A DNA stretch of 64,000 nt, filler included, from Stramenopiles sp. TOSAG23-6 (Eukaryota), in assembly GCA_900128565.1 (NCBI GenBank). It is 17 parts of 17 records of this genome, joined end to end, with 100 filler letters (N's around TTAATTAATTAA, not from the genome) between each part and the next. Parts side by side here need not be neighbours in the genome. Positions count along the whole stretch, not along the records: positions 34,036 to 37,709 come from LT637412.1; positions 37,810 to 41,479 come from LT637413.1; positions 41,580 to 45,245 come from LT637414.1; positions 45,346 to 49,010 come from LT637415.1; 13 more parts are not named here. The stretch is one strand, 5' to 3'. The notes below the pieces were generated by a model, which searched no databases, had not been told where the DNA came from, and saw nothing but the letters and a program-made list of their open reading frames with translations. Made by a program: the position numbers and the translations under genes. Numbering within the stretch: the stretch's first letter is position 1; every line of letters begins with the position of its first letter. Shown here piece after piece: positions 35,476-49,110 of the stretch.

Positions 35476-37619
35476 TTATTTTTCAACATTATTTTCATAC
35501 CATTGAATTTTCTCTTGCAGAGTTGATATCATCTTTGACTGTTTGTCAGAAGCAACACGAAATCCATTAATTTTCATATCATGCTCTTTTTTGATGTCTT
35601 CAATGTCCTTCGTTTTTTTCTGTATTTCAGATTTCAAAAATGAAATTTCTTTCATATATTTTTCTTTCATTTCGTCCAATTTTTGAAATGTTTTTTTTTC
35701 TTCTTTTCGTTTTAAAATTGCAAAATTTCTCTGAAATTTTAATTTTTCCTCCATAACGCAATTTTGTATTGATTTATTATTTTCATCAATTGTATTCGAT
35801 TTCGAAAAATNTGTACCAAATTTTGTAGTTGAGTAATTTTCAATATTTTTTTCAGAGGACGCTATAGCTCTTTTTCTAGATAATCCAGGTGTTGTAAACC
35901 GCAGCGAGGAGTTTGGTGTTGTGACTTGCACATACTTAATATTGTCACTATTACAAGTNACTTCGTGAGNCTGTTTTTTTATATTTGGTGTTGTTACATT
36001 TTCAGGACGTTTCATGATTTCATTGAACTTTTTTTTTGGTGTATACAAACTTACATCATTTACATTATTTTTTTTATACGAATTTTCATACGAAATTTGA
36101 TGTTCACTTGTTTTCATAACAGAAACATNTTTTGTACAATTTTGTATAGAACTCATTGCATCAAACTCTCTACGTGCAAATTCCCAGTCAACTACAAAAA
36201 GATCATCATCTATATTATTTCGTGTTTCATTGAAATGTACTGTATTTCGTGTTTCACATGGATTTTGGTACACTAGAAAATGGTCATTTCCTAAAATAAT
36301 TCTGTCATTATGAAACAATACAGTAGATGAAAGTTCATTAGTAATTGAATATCCATTGACATATACCACTGCATTAGGTGCAGCAAATATTGTCGTTACA
36401 AAAACCATTTTATTTTTGTCCAACAAATCAATTTCCTTATTTTTCATGTTTTTTTCAATCAAATCCATTGTCTTATTTTTCGTGTTTTTTTCTTCCATCA
36501 AATTACCATTTCGACCTGTACCATACATTTCCCTTGCTTCAGAAATAGGTACATGAAAAATTTGTAATACGCAATGTTCTGCTAAAATATTTTTGCCAAT
36601 TAACAAAATGTCAGATTTTGAAGATTTTCGTGTTTTTAGATTTCGTGTTTTTGTGTCCGTTGTCGTAATATGTTCATGAATTGGTTGAAAATTACTATCA
36701 CTACCAATACACGTAAATGTACCTAATGGATACTGTAACGATCTTGAAAAGATTGGATCAGGATTTAAATTTAATAAAAAAGGAAAAGAATTTTTCAACG
36801 AAGAAGTTGTTGGTGACGTCATACTGTCTGGTGACGTCATAGTGTCATTATTTTGTACTACTATATTTTTTTCATGTTTTTTTTGAGATGAAATAATTCC
36901 TTTTGATACTATTGCATATTCATTAGCCATTGCTATATTGACATTTTCGCTCATCTCAATAATAAGAGCCTCACGATCATTTAATGCTTCTCGTAAACGT
37001 TGATTTTCTTCTTTCAGTATATTTCGTTTTTCGTGTTTTTCGTATTTTTTATCCAATTTGGAATTTCTATCATTTAATTTTATTTTCAACTGAAGTATTT
37101 CTTGACGTAAATGACGTACTAAAATCATATCATCATTTTCATTCACAGACACACGATTTATGACTTCTTTTGCTCTTTCTATATAGCGTAACGTATTTAA
37201 GGTTTCTTCATAATATATATCTGCAGGGCATATTGTTGCCAACATGAAATTTTGTGAAAATATTTCAAAACATTTTGATGTTTTTTTGTTAGGTACGAAA
37301 TGTACTACAAAAAAAAATTTCAATTTTTTTTTACATTAATTTTTTTTGTTTTTTTGTTTTTTTGTTTTTTTGTTTTTGTTACACATTTGTCTATAAAAAT
37401 ACATATATGAACAACATACATAATTGTTTTTGAATTTCCACCCAATGACTCTTTTAAAAGCCATGTAAGTACAGAATTTCTATACGGAATAAATGAATTT
37501 TTTTTTGTATTTTTAGACGAGAGTGAAAGGATGACGTCACCAAGAGCTGATAATGATTTATTTATACAAACGGCTTCTTTTGTAGTGCATTGTACTGTAT
37601 TTCCAGTATTTATACTGAG
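35476..37619 (-). CDS. Kinesin-3-like protein (duplicate contig)
   Basis: Identical to 31702-33845. Confidence 0.85.
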
Positions 37620-37991
37620 AAAATATTGTGCAATAATAATTCTTTGTTAGGTACAATACAAAAATACAAAAATACAAAAATACAAAAATACAAAAATACA
37701 AAAATACAANNNNNNNNNNNNNNNNNNNNNNNNNNNNNNNNNNNNNNNNNNNNTTAATTAATTAANNNNNNNNNNNNNNNNNNNNNNNNNNNNNNNNNNN
37801 NNNNNNNNNTTAATCCATACAACCGAAAAGCGACAGAAAAGAAACTTGGACAAGATGAATTAAGTAATTCATGTATTTTAGAAAAATATTTCAAAAAAAA
37901 AAAAAATATTTGTTAGGTACAAAATTTCGTACGAAAAAAAAATTCGATTTTTTTTTTTTTTTTTCGGTTAAAAAAAATAAATAAAACATAC

Positions 37992-38663
37992 ATTATTCAT
38001 TTCCCACACTTTACAAGTTTGGTCAAGACTAGATGTATATATACGTGAATGTATAGAATTTGATGTTTTAGATACGTATAGTCCTGTAATAGCAAGGGTG
38101 TGGCCGGTCCAAGTTTGTATTGGTTTGACTTGTGTTGAATTTGCATGATTTGCATGAAAAGAGTGAGAGTTCAAAGAAGAGAATGAGTCGTTAGAAATAA
38201 TATCTAAGAAATCCCATGCATGTAAAATACCATCTTCACCCGTTGATAAAAGAACATGTTCATCAGATGTAAATTGTATACAAGATACAGCCTTATAATG
38301 GGCCTCCCAGACAGATAACAGTTGACCATTCGAAGTATTCCATACATATAACCGTCCAGATGTACCCCCTGCGCATAAATATTCACCGTCTTTTGTGGCT
38401 TGCAAAGGTCCCATACGTTCTGAAGTGACACACTTCATTTGTACACTTTCTTTACCCCAACGATGGAACTGTAATGCAGGTTTATTACCTATAGAAGACA
38501 CAACATAATCTTCCCCAACAACACATATTGAACCACAACGATCAGGGATAGGACTTCCCTTTAAACAGGAAATCATTGTACCAGACTGTGGATCCCATAT
38601 TTGTATGTTTCCCTGATCTTCAGCAGGTAAGGATGCAGATGAGAGAATAACTAATGATGACAT
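37992..38663 (-). CDS. WDR18: WDR18/IPI3-like WD40 protein, first exon
   Basis: GGTSGRLYVW, WEAHYKAVSCIQF, GHTLAITGL, TSSLDQTCKVWE. Confidence 0.82.
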
Positions 38664-38998
38664 TGTCTATAAAAACAAGGAAATAACACTGCTGAAAAAC
38701 ACTTTTGTCAATGAATCTCGTGTGCTGTGCCGTTCGTTGTTGGTGTCGATGACAATACTATGATGTGGAGAAAACTGACTGGATTTTGTACCATTTTTTC
38801 ATACCTAAGAAAATACAAAACTCAATTTACATTCAGTCCAAAAAAAATGACAAAAAATAGTTTTTTGGCTTTTTTAGCTTTTTTGGCTACGTCTTTTTGC
38901 ATACGTAGGCCTACTTACGTATATACTCTACTTTTTAGGTAAGAGGCTTACTAGTACAACACGTGCCCTGCTACTACAAAAACAAAATTGAATAGAAA

Positions 38999-39727
38999 AT
39001 GAGTATTCGACAGTTAGCAATGAGCAAAACATACCATTTGAGTCATGTACTTTTGAAATGTTTCATACTATTGGCACTATTTTTTGACCAGTTAGGAAAA
39101 GTTGCAGCGTCTCATCGACCTCCCACTGGAGGTAGTAAAGCTTACCCAAGACCTTCCTTTCGGACAGAAATAATTGGTAAAGGTATGCAAATCGATGTGG
39201 TTAAAGATTCTCCTGGTTCGATACCATCACATTCTCATGGTTTAAGTATATCACTTCCAGCAGCAGAAAGCTTATTTTCATATCGCGCTCGCAAAGACGA
39301 TGCTTTAGAGGTTAAAGCTTTTGAGTTAAAAGAATACCGTTTCTCTCAAATAAGCAATGTACTTAAATTGAAAGGTATTTTAGAGAATGTTCACCAAATC
39401 CAGTATATTGAACAATACATTAAAAGGATCAGAAATCATGAACGTTTGAAACCTCTGAGTAAAAGTCATAATAGTGAGGGTGAAATGACTCTTGAAGGTT
39501 TGAAAGAATTTCTGAACGTTTTGGAACAACGTAACGAAACTTCATTGCCGCAGAGTGGTATTGAAGTCAAACGTACAACAGTATCGCATCAATCAGAAGC
39601 AGACATCGGTGAAGTAGCTTCTGTGACCGAGGAAAAGGCGCCGGAAAGAGTAAAATATGCTGCTGCTCCTGAACCGTCTGGGGGCACTGGAGAAATGCTA
39701 TTTTCCATGGATGACATGAACGCCTAA
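38999..39727 (+). CDS. Hypothetical protein with a hydrophobic N-terminus
   Basis: Intronless 242-aa ORF; no family recognised. Confidence 0.55.
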   Translation: MSIRQLAMSKTYHLSHVLLKCFILLALFFDQLGKVAASHRPPTGGSKAYPRPSFRTEIIGKGMQIDVVKDSPGSIPSHSHGLSISLPAAESLFSYRARKDDALEVKAFELKEYRFSQISNVLKLKGILENVHQIQYIEQYIKRIRNHERLKPLSKSHNSEGEMTLEGLKEFLNVLEQRNETSLPQSGIEVKRTTVSHQSEADIGEVASVTEEKAPERVKYAAAPEPSGGTGEMLFSMDDMNA

Positions 39728-39945
39728 TCTCTATTTCGTCAATTACTTTGTAACATAAAAAAAGAAAATCAATTACTTTGTAACATAAAAAAAGAAAATA
39801 AAGATAGAATTTCAATGTATGTTTTCTTAGGTTCTTAGGTATTAAAAAAGATATACATTACACACCANATCTTTTATTTCAAAAAAAGAGTCAGCATTTG
39901 TATAAACTTCTTTTGATTATTCTTCTCATAATATCTTTACTTTTA

Positions 39946-41206
39946 TCATTTGACACTCTTCTTCACGTTAAAATCAATATCTGTGCTAGAAGTATCACTA
40001 CTTGCAATATCACTACTTGTAGTTTCAGTCTCATTGCTTGTAGTGTCAATATCAGTACCCTTTTCTTTAGTTGTACTGTTATGACCGATTAGTAATATTA
40101 TCAATAGTCCAATAAATATTAATCCCAAAGACACAAAAAAAAGGACGGTAGTCAGCGGATCCAGACTGTCCAATTCTTTAAACAAAGCTGCACCACCAAG
40201 AGAACCCGAAAGAATGAAGAATGCTTGATATATTGGCGTAATTATAACGGCATCCTATGGTGTACAAAAATATTTTTTTGAATTTTTTTGATTTGTTTTA
40301 ATTTGTATTGTTAGGTACGAGATTTCCTATGAAAAAATAATGTACATTAAAATAAGAATTCTTGGACAAAAACGTACATATCGTCTCAAACCTTCATTGA
40401 GTATTAGTAAACCCCCAAGTCCACTTGTGATTGCAAAAAACAATATGATATAGGTTCGAATATCTTCCCATGGTTTTCCTTTATTTTGTGAAAATATTTA
40501 AAACAGTTTTGATTTTTTTTGAGTATAATTTTTTTGGAAAAAAAAACTGAAATATTTCAGAAATAAAAAAAAATATTGTAATTGAATTGAATTTTGAAAT
40601 TAATGATTGAAAAACATACTCCCAAGTGAAGTAAAGAGTAAAAATGATTTACAAAAATATAAGCTTCCAGAAAAGGCACCACTGATACATCCCCATATAA
40701 TATTTGATAATATTTCAAAAATTAAAACAAACATTGTTAGGTACATATATTTCATAGTACAAAAAAAAATTCAAATGAAAAAAAAATAAAAAAAAATTTC
40801 ATAGTACAAAAAAAAATTCAATGAAAAAAAAAATTCAAATGAAAAAAAAAATTCAAATGAAAAAAAAATCTATAAAAAAAAAAGATTAAACTTTAGGGTT
40901 AGGGTCTTTGGAATAATGAGCACCTACATGCTAACTTTTTGATATTTACTGGAGCCACTTTTGAAGAAATTATCATCACCATTATAAGACAAAATAATAC
41001 AAAGCATAAAATATATATTATGAAACCCTTATCATGATACAGTTCAATAATTTCTTGATATGTGTAGGTTTCGTGATGTTCTTCTGAAGCGACAAGGCTA
41101 AGAAAAATACTTCCAAAAACAACATATATTGTGAAAAAATATTTTGTTTTTACCGAAAAACAAAATTTGTTAGATATGCAATCTTTTCAGACATTTTTTT
41201 TTTAAC

Positions 41207-41258
<52 letters not shown>

Positions 41259-41310
41259 AAAAAATGGATGATGAAAACGTATAATAACATTCCCAATGAC
41301 GTCATATCTA
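39946..41310 (-). CDS. NIPA/DUF803-type Mg2+ transporter-like membrane protein, 3' exons
   Basis: Spliced LNEGLRRY|DAVIITPIYQAFFILSGSLGGAALFKE across intron 40255-40377; upstream exon edges uncertain. Confidence 0.7.
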
Positions 41311-41428
41311 TTCCATGTATTATACAAAAATATTCCAAAATGTAATTTTTTGGTTAGGTACAAACTTTGTTTTATGAAAAAAATAATACTACATTTGAAA
41401 TTGAAAATTATTGAAAACATTGAATACG

Positions 41429-41479
<51 letters not shown>

Positions 41480-41632
41480 NNNNNNNNNNNNNNNNNNNNN
41501 NNNNNNNNNNNNNNNNNNNNNNNTTAATTAATTAANNNNNNNNNNNNNNNNNNNNNNNNNNNNNNNNNNNNNNNNNNNNGGTACAAAATTTCGTACGAAA
41601 AAAAATTCGAATTTGAAAAAAATAAAACATAC

Positions 41633-42037
41633 ATAGTCCTCCTGAACTAATGATAAGATATATTTTTCCCTTTTTGTTTTATTTTTATTTGTAACTTTTG
41701 TGAAAAATACAGAAAACCAAGGCTGTGGCTCTGGTGTTGATTGTTCCGGCTTTCTAAAGTCGCTAGATGTCTCTATAAAAAAATTTGAATCTTTTTTTAA
41801 TTTTTGTGTTTCTGGGAATGCAAAATCAATAGATGCTGTATTTATATTATCAGAAATTCTCTCATTGGATTTTAATTTATCTCTTGTGCTTTTGCTCTTA
41901 TTACTACTTTTTGTTTGAAACATCGAATACATTGGATATCGCTTCAATATTGAAGAAAGGAATATACCGGGTGCTTCTTCATTATTTTTCTCCTTAGTTT
42001 CTACAAATGAGTGAATGAAGAAACCGTGCACTACCAT
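41633..42037 (-). CDS. Hypothetical protein, first exon
   Basis: ORF ending at a family donor (TAT|GTATGT). Confidence 0.5.
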
Positions 42038-42332
42038 TGAAAGATAATCCTATGAATAAAACACTTCGTCAAAACTATTATTACAGGTCAGTGTCTAAAA
42101 TTGCAAATGCAAATTAGCTAACTCAATGTGAATCTTTTAGTTATTTTCTGAACGAGGAGCATTCTACTACTAGCTAGGTACTAAAAATCTACGTGACGGA
42201 ACAACTTGCAAGGGAATTAGAGGAGCAAAGGAGCGTATCAAAAACATCAATTTTCAAATGGTCAATTTTGTCAACTTTGGAATTTGGGCACGTAAAAGTA
42301 AAACAAAAGGGCAATAACTGGACTAAGTTACA

Positions 42333-43736
42333 ATGAATGGCACGGACGATCCTATTACTATTGCGACGCCAAGTACAGGAACACTTGCCAGAAAATCCTC
42401 TAAAATTGAGTGGGCTTCTCGGCCCGATTTATTGAAACAAGCTTTTTTGGTGAAGAATGCTAGTCGTTCCAACACAAATGATATTGGCGGTTCGAGAACA
42501 AACCTACACCTTGGTCTCGGAAAGCCCGTTGTGAGGGATTTACGTGGGCGAGAGATGGCGGCTTATGTTTTGGAGACAGTAATTCTTATAGTCGTTCTAT
42601 CATACATTGGAGTTATGGTTTTTGCCAATAAAATATGTGAGCTGTCATACGGAGCAGATGGGTGTGGTCGTTCACTGGACTATGCACTCGATTATACTTT
42701 ACCTGGTGGTGACACTATGAGAAATGGCACAATTTCACATGAAACGCGCTGGGATGATCCGAGTTATATAAGTGACAGAGCCCGCCTCGTGCGCCGTGCT
42801 TGTTTGTTGGGCATGAACTTGATGGAGTGTGATTTTGGCCGAAGACTTGTCGTTGCGACAATCGGTGGTGCCATCATTGGATTTGAAAGACGCCTTGCCG
42901 ATCGCCCGGCTGGAATACGAACAATGAGTCTCACAGCATTAGGTGCAGCAATTTTTACTTTATGTTCTACGTGGGCATTTATGGCTGGACCGCAGAAATG
43001 GGACGCTTCTAGAATATCAGCTGCGATACCAAGTGGAGTTGGATTTCTTGGAGCTGGTTTGATTTGGAAAGGTACCACAAAAGATGAAGAGCACCATACA
43101 GTCCATGGTCTTACAACTGCGGCTTCGCTTTGGATATCTGCAAGTGTTGGTATAAGTTGTGGCGGTGGACTATACTCTGCCGGAGCAATTGGAGTCGCAC
43201 TTACGCTTATGATATTGAGGTATGGTCCTCGATTGTACCTTGGTCAGTTTGAAGACGATCGCATGGAGCATTTTGAAGATGGCGAAGAGAACCTTTATGA
43301 TTTTGATGCAGATGATGGTGATATACCAGATGATAATAAAGACGGAGAATGGCTATCAGGAAATCATACAGTACTGCCTGTGTCTGAGGAGGAATCAACA
43401 AAAATGTCGTCAAAAGGAGGGAAAGAGATATTGAGAGAGTCTATCGGTAGGCGACGACTTTCTATGAATAATATGCGACATGGGGTACGTAATGGCGGTA
43501 TACGTAGGGATACAGGTCACTGGGTTGATGCAAATGATTTCTTTGCAACACATGATTCTGCTACAGCAAACACAACCCGCAGAGAGTCGCGAAAAAGTCA
43601 GCCCCGAAGAAGCATGAGTATTGGAGGTGAAGGAGATTTTCTATCAAATCAGCCGCGTCGTCGCAGACGATTAAGTAGACGTACAAGCCTTCTCAACAGA
43701 CCCGATCACGCCCATGTTTTTTGTGCCGATACTTGA
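42333..43736 (+). CDS. MgtC/SapB-family membrane protein
   Basis: IGFERRLADRPAGIRTMSL, DASRISAAIPSGVGFLGAG, GLTTAASLW. Confidence 0.9.
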   Translation: MNGTDDPITIATPSTGTLARKSSKIEWASRPDLLKQAFLVKNASRSNTNDIGGSRTNLHLGLGKPVVRDLRGREMAAYVLETVILIVVLSYIGVMVFANKICELSYGADGCGRSLDYALDYTLPGGDTMRNGTISHETRWDDPSYISDRARLVRRACLLGMNLMECDFGRRLVVATIGGAIIGFERRLADRPAGIRTMSLTALGAAIFTLCSTWAFMAGPQKWDASRISAAIPSGVGFLGAGLIWKGTTKDEEHHTVHGLTTAASLWISASVGISCGGGLYSAGAIGVALTLMILRYGPRLYLGQFEDDRMEHFEDGEENLYDFDADDGDIPDDNKDGEWLSGNHTVLPVSEEESTKMSSKGGKEILRESIGRRRLSMNNMRHGVRNGGIRRDTGHWVDANDFFATHDSATANTTRRESRKSQPRRSMSIGGEGDFLSNQPRRRRRLSRRTSLLNRPDHAHVFCADT

Positions 43737-44153
43737 TCAATAAATGATTTTTTAATAATGAGATTGCTCAAATGTTTTCTGGAAATTGTTTATTTTTTTG
43801 AACAAACATTGGGTAAAATGCTTTGACACTTGTACTTCGCAAAACCTCATTTCGTTTCAATTCTCGATATAATAAACCAAATCCAATCAAACCAACAACA
43901 TCAAATACTAACCCAAATGTCCAAAATATTAATTGCTCTTGTGTTCCAGCCCAGAATGAACCGGAATGTTTCGTGGGTTTTTTGTGACTAACTTAAATAA
44001 TGATCTTTATTAAGGAAAGTGTATGATTGGTAGTTTGGCTGGAGTGAATGGCCTCTTTCGCATTCAAATTCAAATATAGACGAAAAACAAGGTATGAAAG
44101 AACTCGAAAAATTGAGAGGAAGTATCAAGGAAAGAGTGAAAAAAAGTAAATAC

Positions 44154-45219
44154 ATCAGCTAAAACACCATATTCATTTTCTCCAAAGCCAAAAACTCTGC
44201 CATCCTTTTTTAATACAAGAGTGAAATATGTACCGGCACTGATGCTCACATTATCATTATTTAAATCAGTGTTCATTACAGGTGATAATCTTTGGTCAAA
44301 TGTGCCATCTCCAAGTTCACCTTCCTTATTCAAACCAAAACTGAATACTTGACCCATATTTTTGTTATTGGGTAACACACAACTTCCATCATCTTGAAGA
44401 GCTTTCGGATCATAATTTAATGCATTTGGATCGGTACAACCAGGTCTTTGTAAATAACCTTTTATAGCCTTTTCCATCACAGTAGCTAAATCATTTATTT
44501 TTGTATCCTCTTCCCATGGAGATTGTAATATCTCAGAAAGTGGAATTGCTTGCACGTTTAAGCATGCAGGGCCACTCATATTTTGAACACTTTTAGCCCA
44601 TTTAACCCAATCCGTTTGAGATTCAATTTCACCACCATGAACAACAATATCACCACCAGTAGTATCCTTTTTATATGTATTATCTACCTCATGATCACTA
44701 TCAATCTTAGTAGAAGCAGTGGCAACTTTTATTTTAAAAGCAATGTTTGCTTGATTTTCAACAAAACTTGATGATTTTTGGTCGACATATTGCATAGAAT
44801 TAAATGATGTTGCAGTCATAGCGCCACCGATAGTACATCGAGTGGTAACATGAGTACCCCATTGATCAAGAAATGCATCGAATTTATGTTTTGTCTCTTG
44901 AGTATAATCAGATGGAAGTCTAGACAACAGTATCTTAAACATTGGCGTGAGACTGAAAAAACCAGGGAATATTTGAATGTCAAGTTGTTGGCACATCGCG
45001 CGAGCTACAGTCACAGTCGTTTCATCGCTTGACATGTATTTTGAAAAAATATTTCAAAAAAAAACTTAAATTTATTAGGTACAAAATTTCGTACGAAAAA
45101 AAAAATCATACAAAAAAAAAGTAAAACATATATCATTGATCTTACATGTTTTGAAGTGTGTGTGTACGCTCCAGAAATATTAGCGAAAGAACCGCCGAAA
45201 CTGACGGTAGAAGTAGTCG
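44154..45219 (-). CDS. MACPF-domain protein followed by an RCC1-like repeat (partial); intron at 45034-45131
   Basis: FLDQWGTHVTTRCTIGG MACPF signature; GCTDPNALNYD..A..DDGSC; FSFGLNKEGELGDG. Confidence 0.8.
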
Positions 45220-45425
45220 ATGTATTGTGAAAAAGATTTTAGAAANNNNNNNNNNNNNNNNNNNNNNNNNNNNNNNNNNNNNNNNNNNNTTAATTAATTA
45301 ANNNNNNNNNNNNNNNNNNNNNNNNNNNNNNNNNNNNNNNNNNNNAAATTCGAAATTTGTTAGGTACAAAATTTTTATAAAAAACCAAAAAAAAAAAAAA
45401 TTTGAAATTCATAATGAAAACGTAC

Positions 45426-46744
45426 AGGAGCCAAATGTGCATTATTTATTTTTCTATTTTGAAATGGACCAAGAGAGGATGAATTTTCTCCATTTGTTGT
45501 TGTTGACATCATTATTGCATTTATTTGATTCATTTTCATTAATTGATCTGTACTATGACATTTGGTATTTTTTATTTGATTCATTTTCATTAATTGATCT
45601 GTACTATGACATTTGGTATTTTTGGTGGTATCTGCTACTACTGTATGATAAATAGGATGTACACACAGTCTTTTTATATCTTTCGTATTTTCAGTATTTT
45701 CAGTATTTTCAGTATTTTTATTTTCAGTATTTTTATTTTCAGTATTTTCAGTATTTTCATCATTTTTATAAGAGCCAGAAAGATTTTGAAAAATATCGAC
45801 TACAACAACTTCATTTGGTTTCATTCCAGTTACACCTACAATCTATAAGTGAAATCATATCGACTTTCAAAATTAGGGTTAGGTGTTAGGGTTCTATATG
45901 TGAAATCATATCGACTTTCAAAATTCGCCAATTAAAAAAAAAAAGAAAAAAGAGAAATTTCGAAATTAGTAAAATATTTATGTTGAAAACGTACAAGCCT
46001 TTTACTTTTTGGTTTTTGACTCGACGTTTTATTCAACGTATTGGGTTCAATGTTTTTGTTTTGATCAAAATTAGGGTTAGGGTTATTAAGTTCAATGTTT
46101 TGATTTTGACCGAGTTCAAAATTATCAAAAACTGATAATGAATTCACAGGAAATCTAGATGGCATTACACATGATATTTCAAGTTCCAAAGATGCAGAAG
46201 AAATAGAGGACGATTTTCGATAACGATACAAACAAACTTTTCCACTTGAGTCACCTAGAATGAGACGATGCTGATGGCTACCAAAACCATCAGATATATT
46301 TGAAATAATTACAGATGTTGTATTTAATGAAAAGCGACTGAGATCTTGGTGAAATATTTCAAAGAGACACTTTGAAGATATCTGGTCTTTAACATCGCGA
46401 ACTTCAAAAATTGTTACACCACCCTCAGCTTCAACCACAACAGCTACATTTCTACCAATATTTAGGGCATCTCCAATAGCTAGGCATGTAATCGTGCCAG
46501 GAACAGAAACAGATAAACCATGTGACCTAGATATAGACGTTGTAGATTCAGGAGATAGTGTATCGTCAAATAGGTCTAAACAGTAATACACAAACAACTG
46601 GCCTCTAGTGTCTCCAATGCAGATTTCGTTAGCTCCATCGTTATCTATATCGGCTACAGCTAGAGCAGCCTGGAATACGTTTCCTGAAAAACGAAGTTTT
46701 TCACGATTACATAGTGCAACTTCCCTGGAAAAAGTAGGTGCCAT
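45426..46744 (-). CDS. ITFG2: ITFG2-like (KICSTOR subunit, FG-GAP repeat) protein, 5' exons; GT-AG intron at 45843-45994
   Basis: ALAVADIDNDGANEICIGDTRGQLFVY and GDALNIGRNVAVVVEAEG. Confidence 0.72.
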
Positions 46745-47164
46745 CACAAGGCCTCGCTATCGTATGTCAAGGAGTAAGATAATTGGAAGAAGGATACTAG
46801 AGCATGACTCGAAAATATAATATTTCGGAAAGTTCGGAAAGACTTGACCTTCCGGAAAGTCTTTCCACTTTTTGACACATAAAATTATAATATATAGCTA
46901 CTAATTTCGCACTAATTTCACACGACACGCGCACGAAATATAAAAAAAAAAGGCAAAGTTCCAAGTTGCCTCGGGGCCTCTCTTTTTTTGATTGATCGCT
47001 CTGTATCTCTGTCTTTCCACTGTCTTTCCACGTAGGCTTCCGAAATCGTGTCAAATTGCCCCACGCCACCTAGCAAACGGTGTAATGTACTTAAAAGTTA
47101 CGTGTAAATCAATATAATAGCCATGTCCGTTATTCTGTAGTGTTGTATTTTCGATTCAATTATA

Positions 47165-48957
47165 ATGGGAAATAGCAGTACACAGCCTAGGTTGCCACTG
47201 TCTCAGGAAGAAATGGTTATGAAACATCTACATGAGTCACTCTCTGTGGAGTGGACAGCAGATTTACGCCATTGGTCGGAACCATTACTAGCTCGCCTTT
47301 GGTATTCAATGCATGTAATCAGTGGTTTAGCTAAAGATATTGATTCTTGTCCACCATTTAAACGGGTTTCTTCAGTTTGGCAGCGTTTTGGTTTCACACA
47401 TGAAGACCCTGGAATACAGCTGCATACAGTTGGTAAGCTCGGACTCGAAAATTTAGTCTACTTCGTGGAACGCTATCCAGGTCGTGCTCGTACATTGGCA
47501 GGCCTGACTCATGAATCGAATGAATCGGATACTGCTTTGGTTTGTTCTCCTTTGATTAAATCAAACAGCTCTTCTGTAAAATTGCCTCCAATGACTAAAG
47601 GTTTAAACTCGGAGAAACTTTTAAAAGTTGAAGCGTCAAAGCCATCAGTGAATGAAGCGTCTCTAGTTAGCGCCAGTGATAATAGTGATGTTATATATAA
47701 GGAATCATCATTTATAGCATCTACAGAAGAACAAGCAAGCTCCCGTATAAAAAAGGGAAATTCGGACTTCTCTACTACATGTGACGTCACCTCAGGAGTT
47801 TCAAAAAAAGATAGCGACGAGATAGGATGTTGTTGGGGTGTTATGGGAGTAGCCGTGACACATGTGACATGTGCGCTCTTTGGCTTATACCGAGGTCAAG
47901 GACTTCAGAAATCTGCAAGGCCTCATTGGACTTTAGCCCACTCGGTGGATAGTTTCCAAACTTTTTTTGTGTTTGTATTTTGTTTAACACATCGAATTTG
48001 GCGGAATTGGATAGATGCCACACAGGCTCAAGCTAAAATTGATGGCATTCCACCCAATTCTTTGTCAATGCAACTATTAATTCAGCAGACTGCAGCTTAT
48101 GCATACAGTTTGCTTCGGAATTGTACTCCTGATACATTATCGATTGATCATTTATGTAAATCCAGTGGTATTGCTCCATGTATGTTTTACTTTTTTTCAA
48201 ATTCGAAATTTTTTTTCGTACGAAATTTTGTACCTAACGAAAAAAAATTTAGTTTTTTTTTCAAATATTTTTCCAAAATACATTAGTCCCTGATGGACCT
48301 TTTACTGAATCACAGTACCGACATTGGAAGAGTTTACTTGATCGAGCATTTGCTGGTATTGGCCAGACGCAAAGACTTTCGGAGCTTGAAATTGGAGCTC
48401 TATTTGGAGAAACTGTAGATAGTATTAAATGGACTCCACCCTCTGAAGTTGTAGTGTTGCGTATGCGCAAAGCACATGAAGAAGATCGTAGTTCATGGAA
48501 TAAGTTAGATCGAACATTTGCTGGTATTGATGGAAACTCTAAATGCTCAGCTACTGAAATAAAAAAGAGATTTCCAAAGATTAGTCTTCGAATTGGATGG
48601 GTGCCTCCCTCTCCTGGACAAGTTCGTCTTATTTTGAAAAAGAATACTCAAGAAGAAATGTCATCTGCATTAGTAGCTGCAACTGCAAATGTTGACATAG
48701 CAAATAACAAAACAATGAAAACAATGAATAAGTTGCACCTATCTACAAGGTCCAAAACGAACGTTCATGAAAACGAAACAATACAAACAAATGAAAACGA
48801 AAAAATACAAAAAAAAAAAGTCTGTAAAGATGTTTCTATGCATAGTAGTACTAGGGACATTATTGAAAACAATGTAAGTGTTAATCAACTTAAAACTGAT
48901 GTATATTCTACTTCAAATTCTGTACAATGTGAATTGAATAATGAACTTTGTAAAAAT
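47165..48957 (+). CDS. ELMO/CED-12-like domain protein with a possible N-myristoylation start (partial); intron at 48180-48283
   Basis: MGNSS start; WQRFGFTHEDP...LGLENLVYF. Confidence 0.6.
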
Positions 48958-49110
48958 GTATGTTTTATTTTTTTTCAAATTTGATTTTTTTTTCGTACGA
49001 AATTTTGTACNNNNNNNNNNNNNNNNNNNNNNNNNNNNNNNNNNNNNNNNNNNNTTAATTAATTAANNNNNNNNNNNNNNNNNNNNNNNNNNNNNNNNNN
49101 NNNNNNNNNN

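Larger units (their letters stand above)
34036..37709. repeat. Redundant copy of contig 30262-33935
   Basis: Essentially identical sequence, including N positions, at offset 3774. Confidence 0.95.

Noticed and set aside
30262-37709. Tandem segmental duplication
   Set aside because: Two separate contigs share ends and N positions, so this is assembly redundancy.
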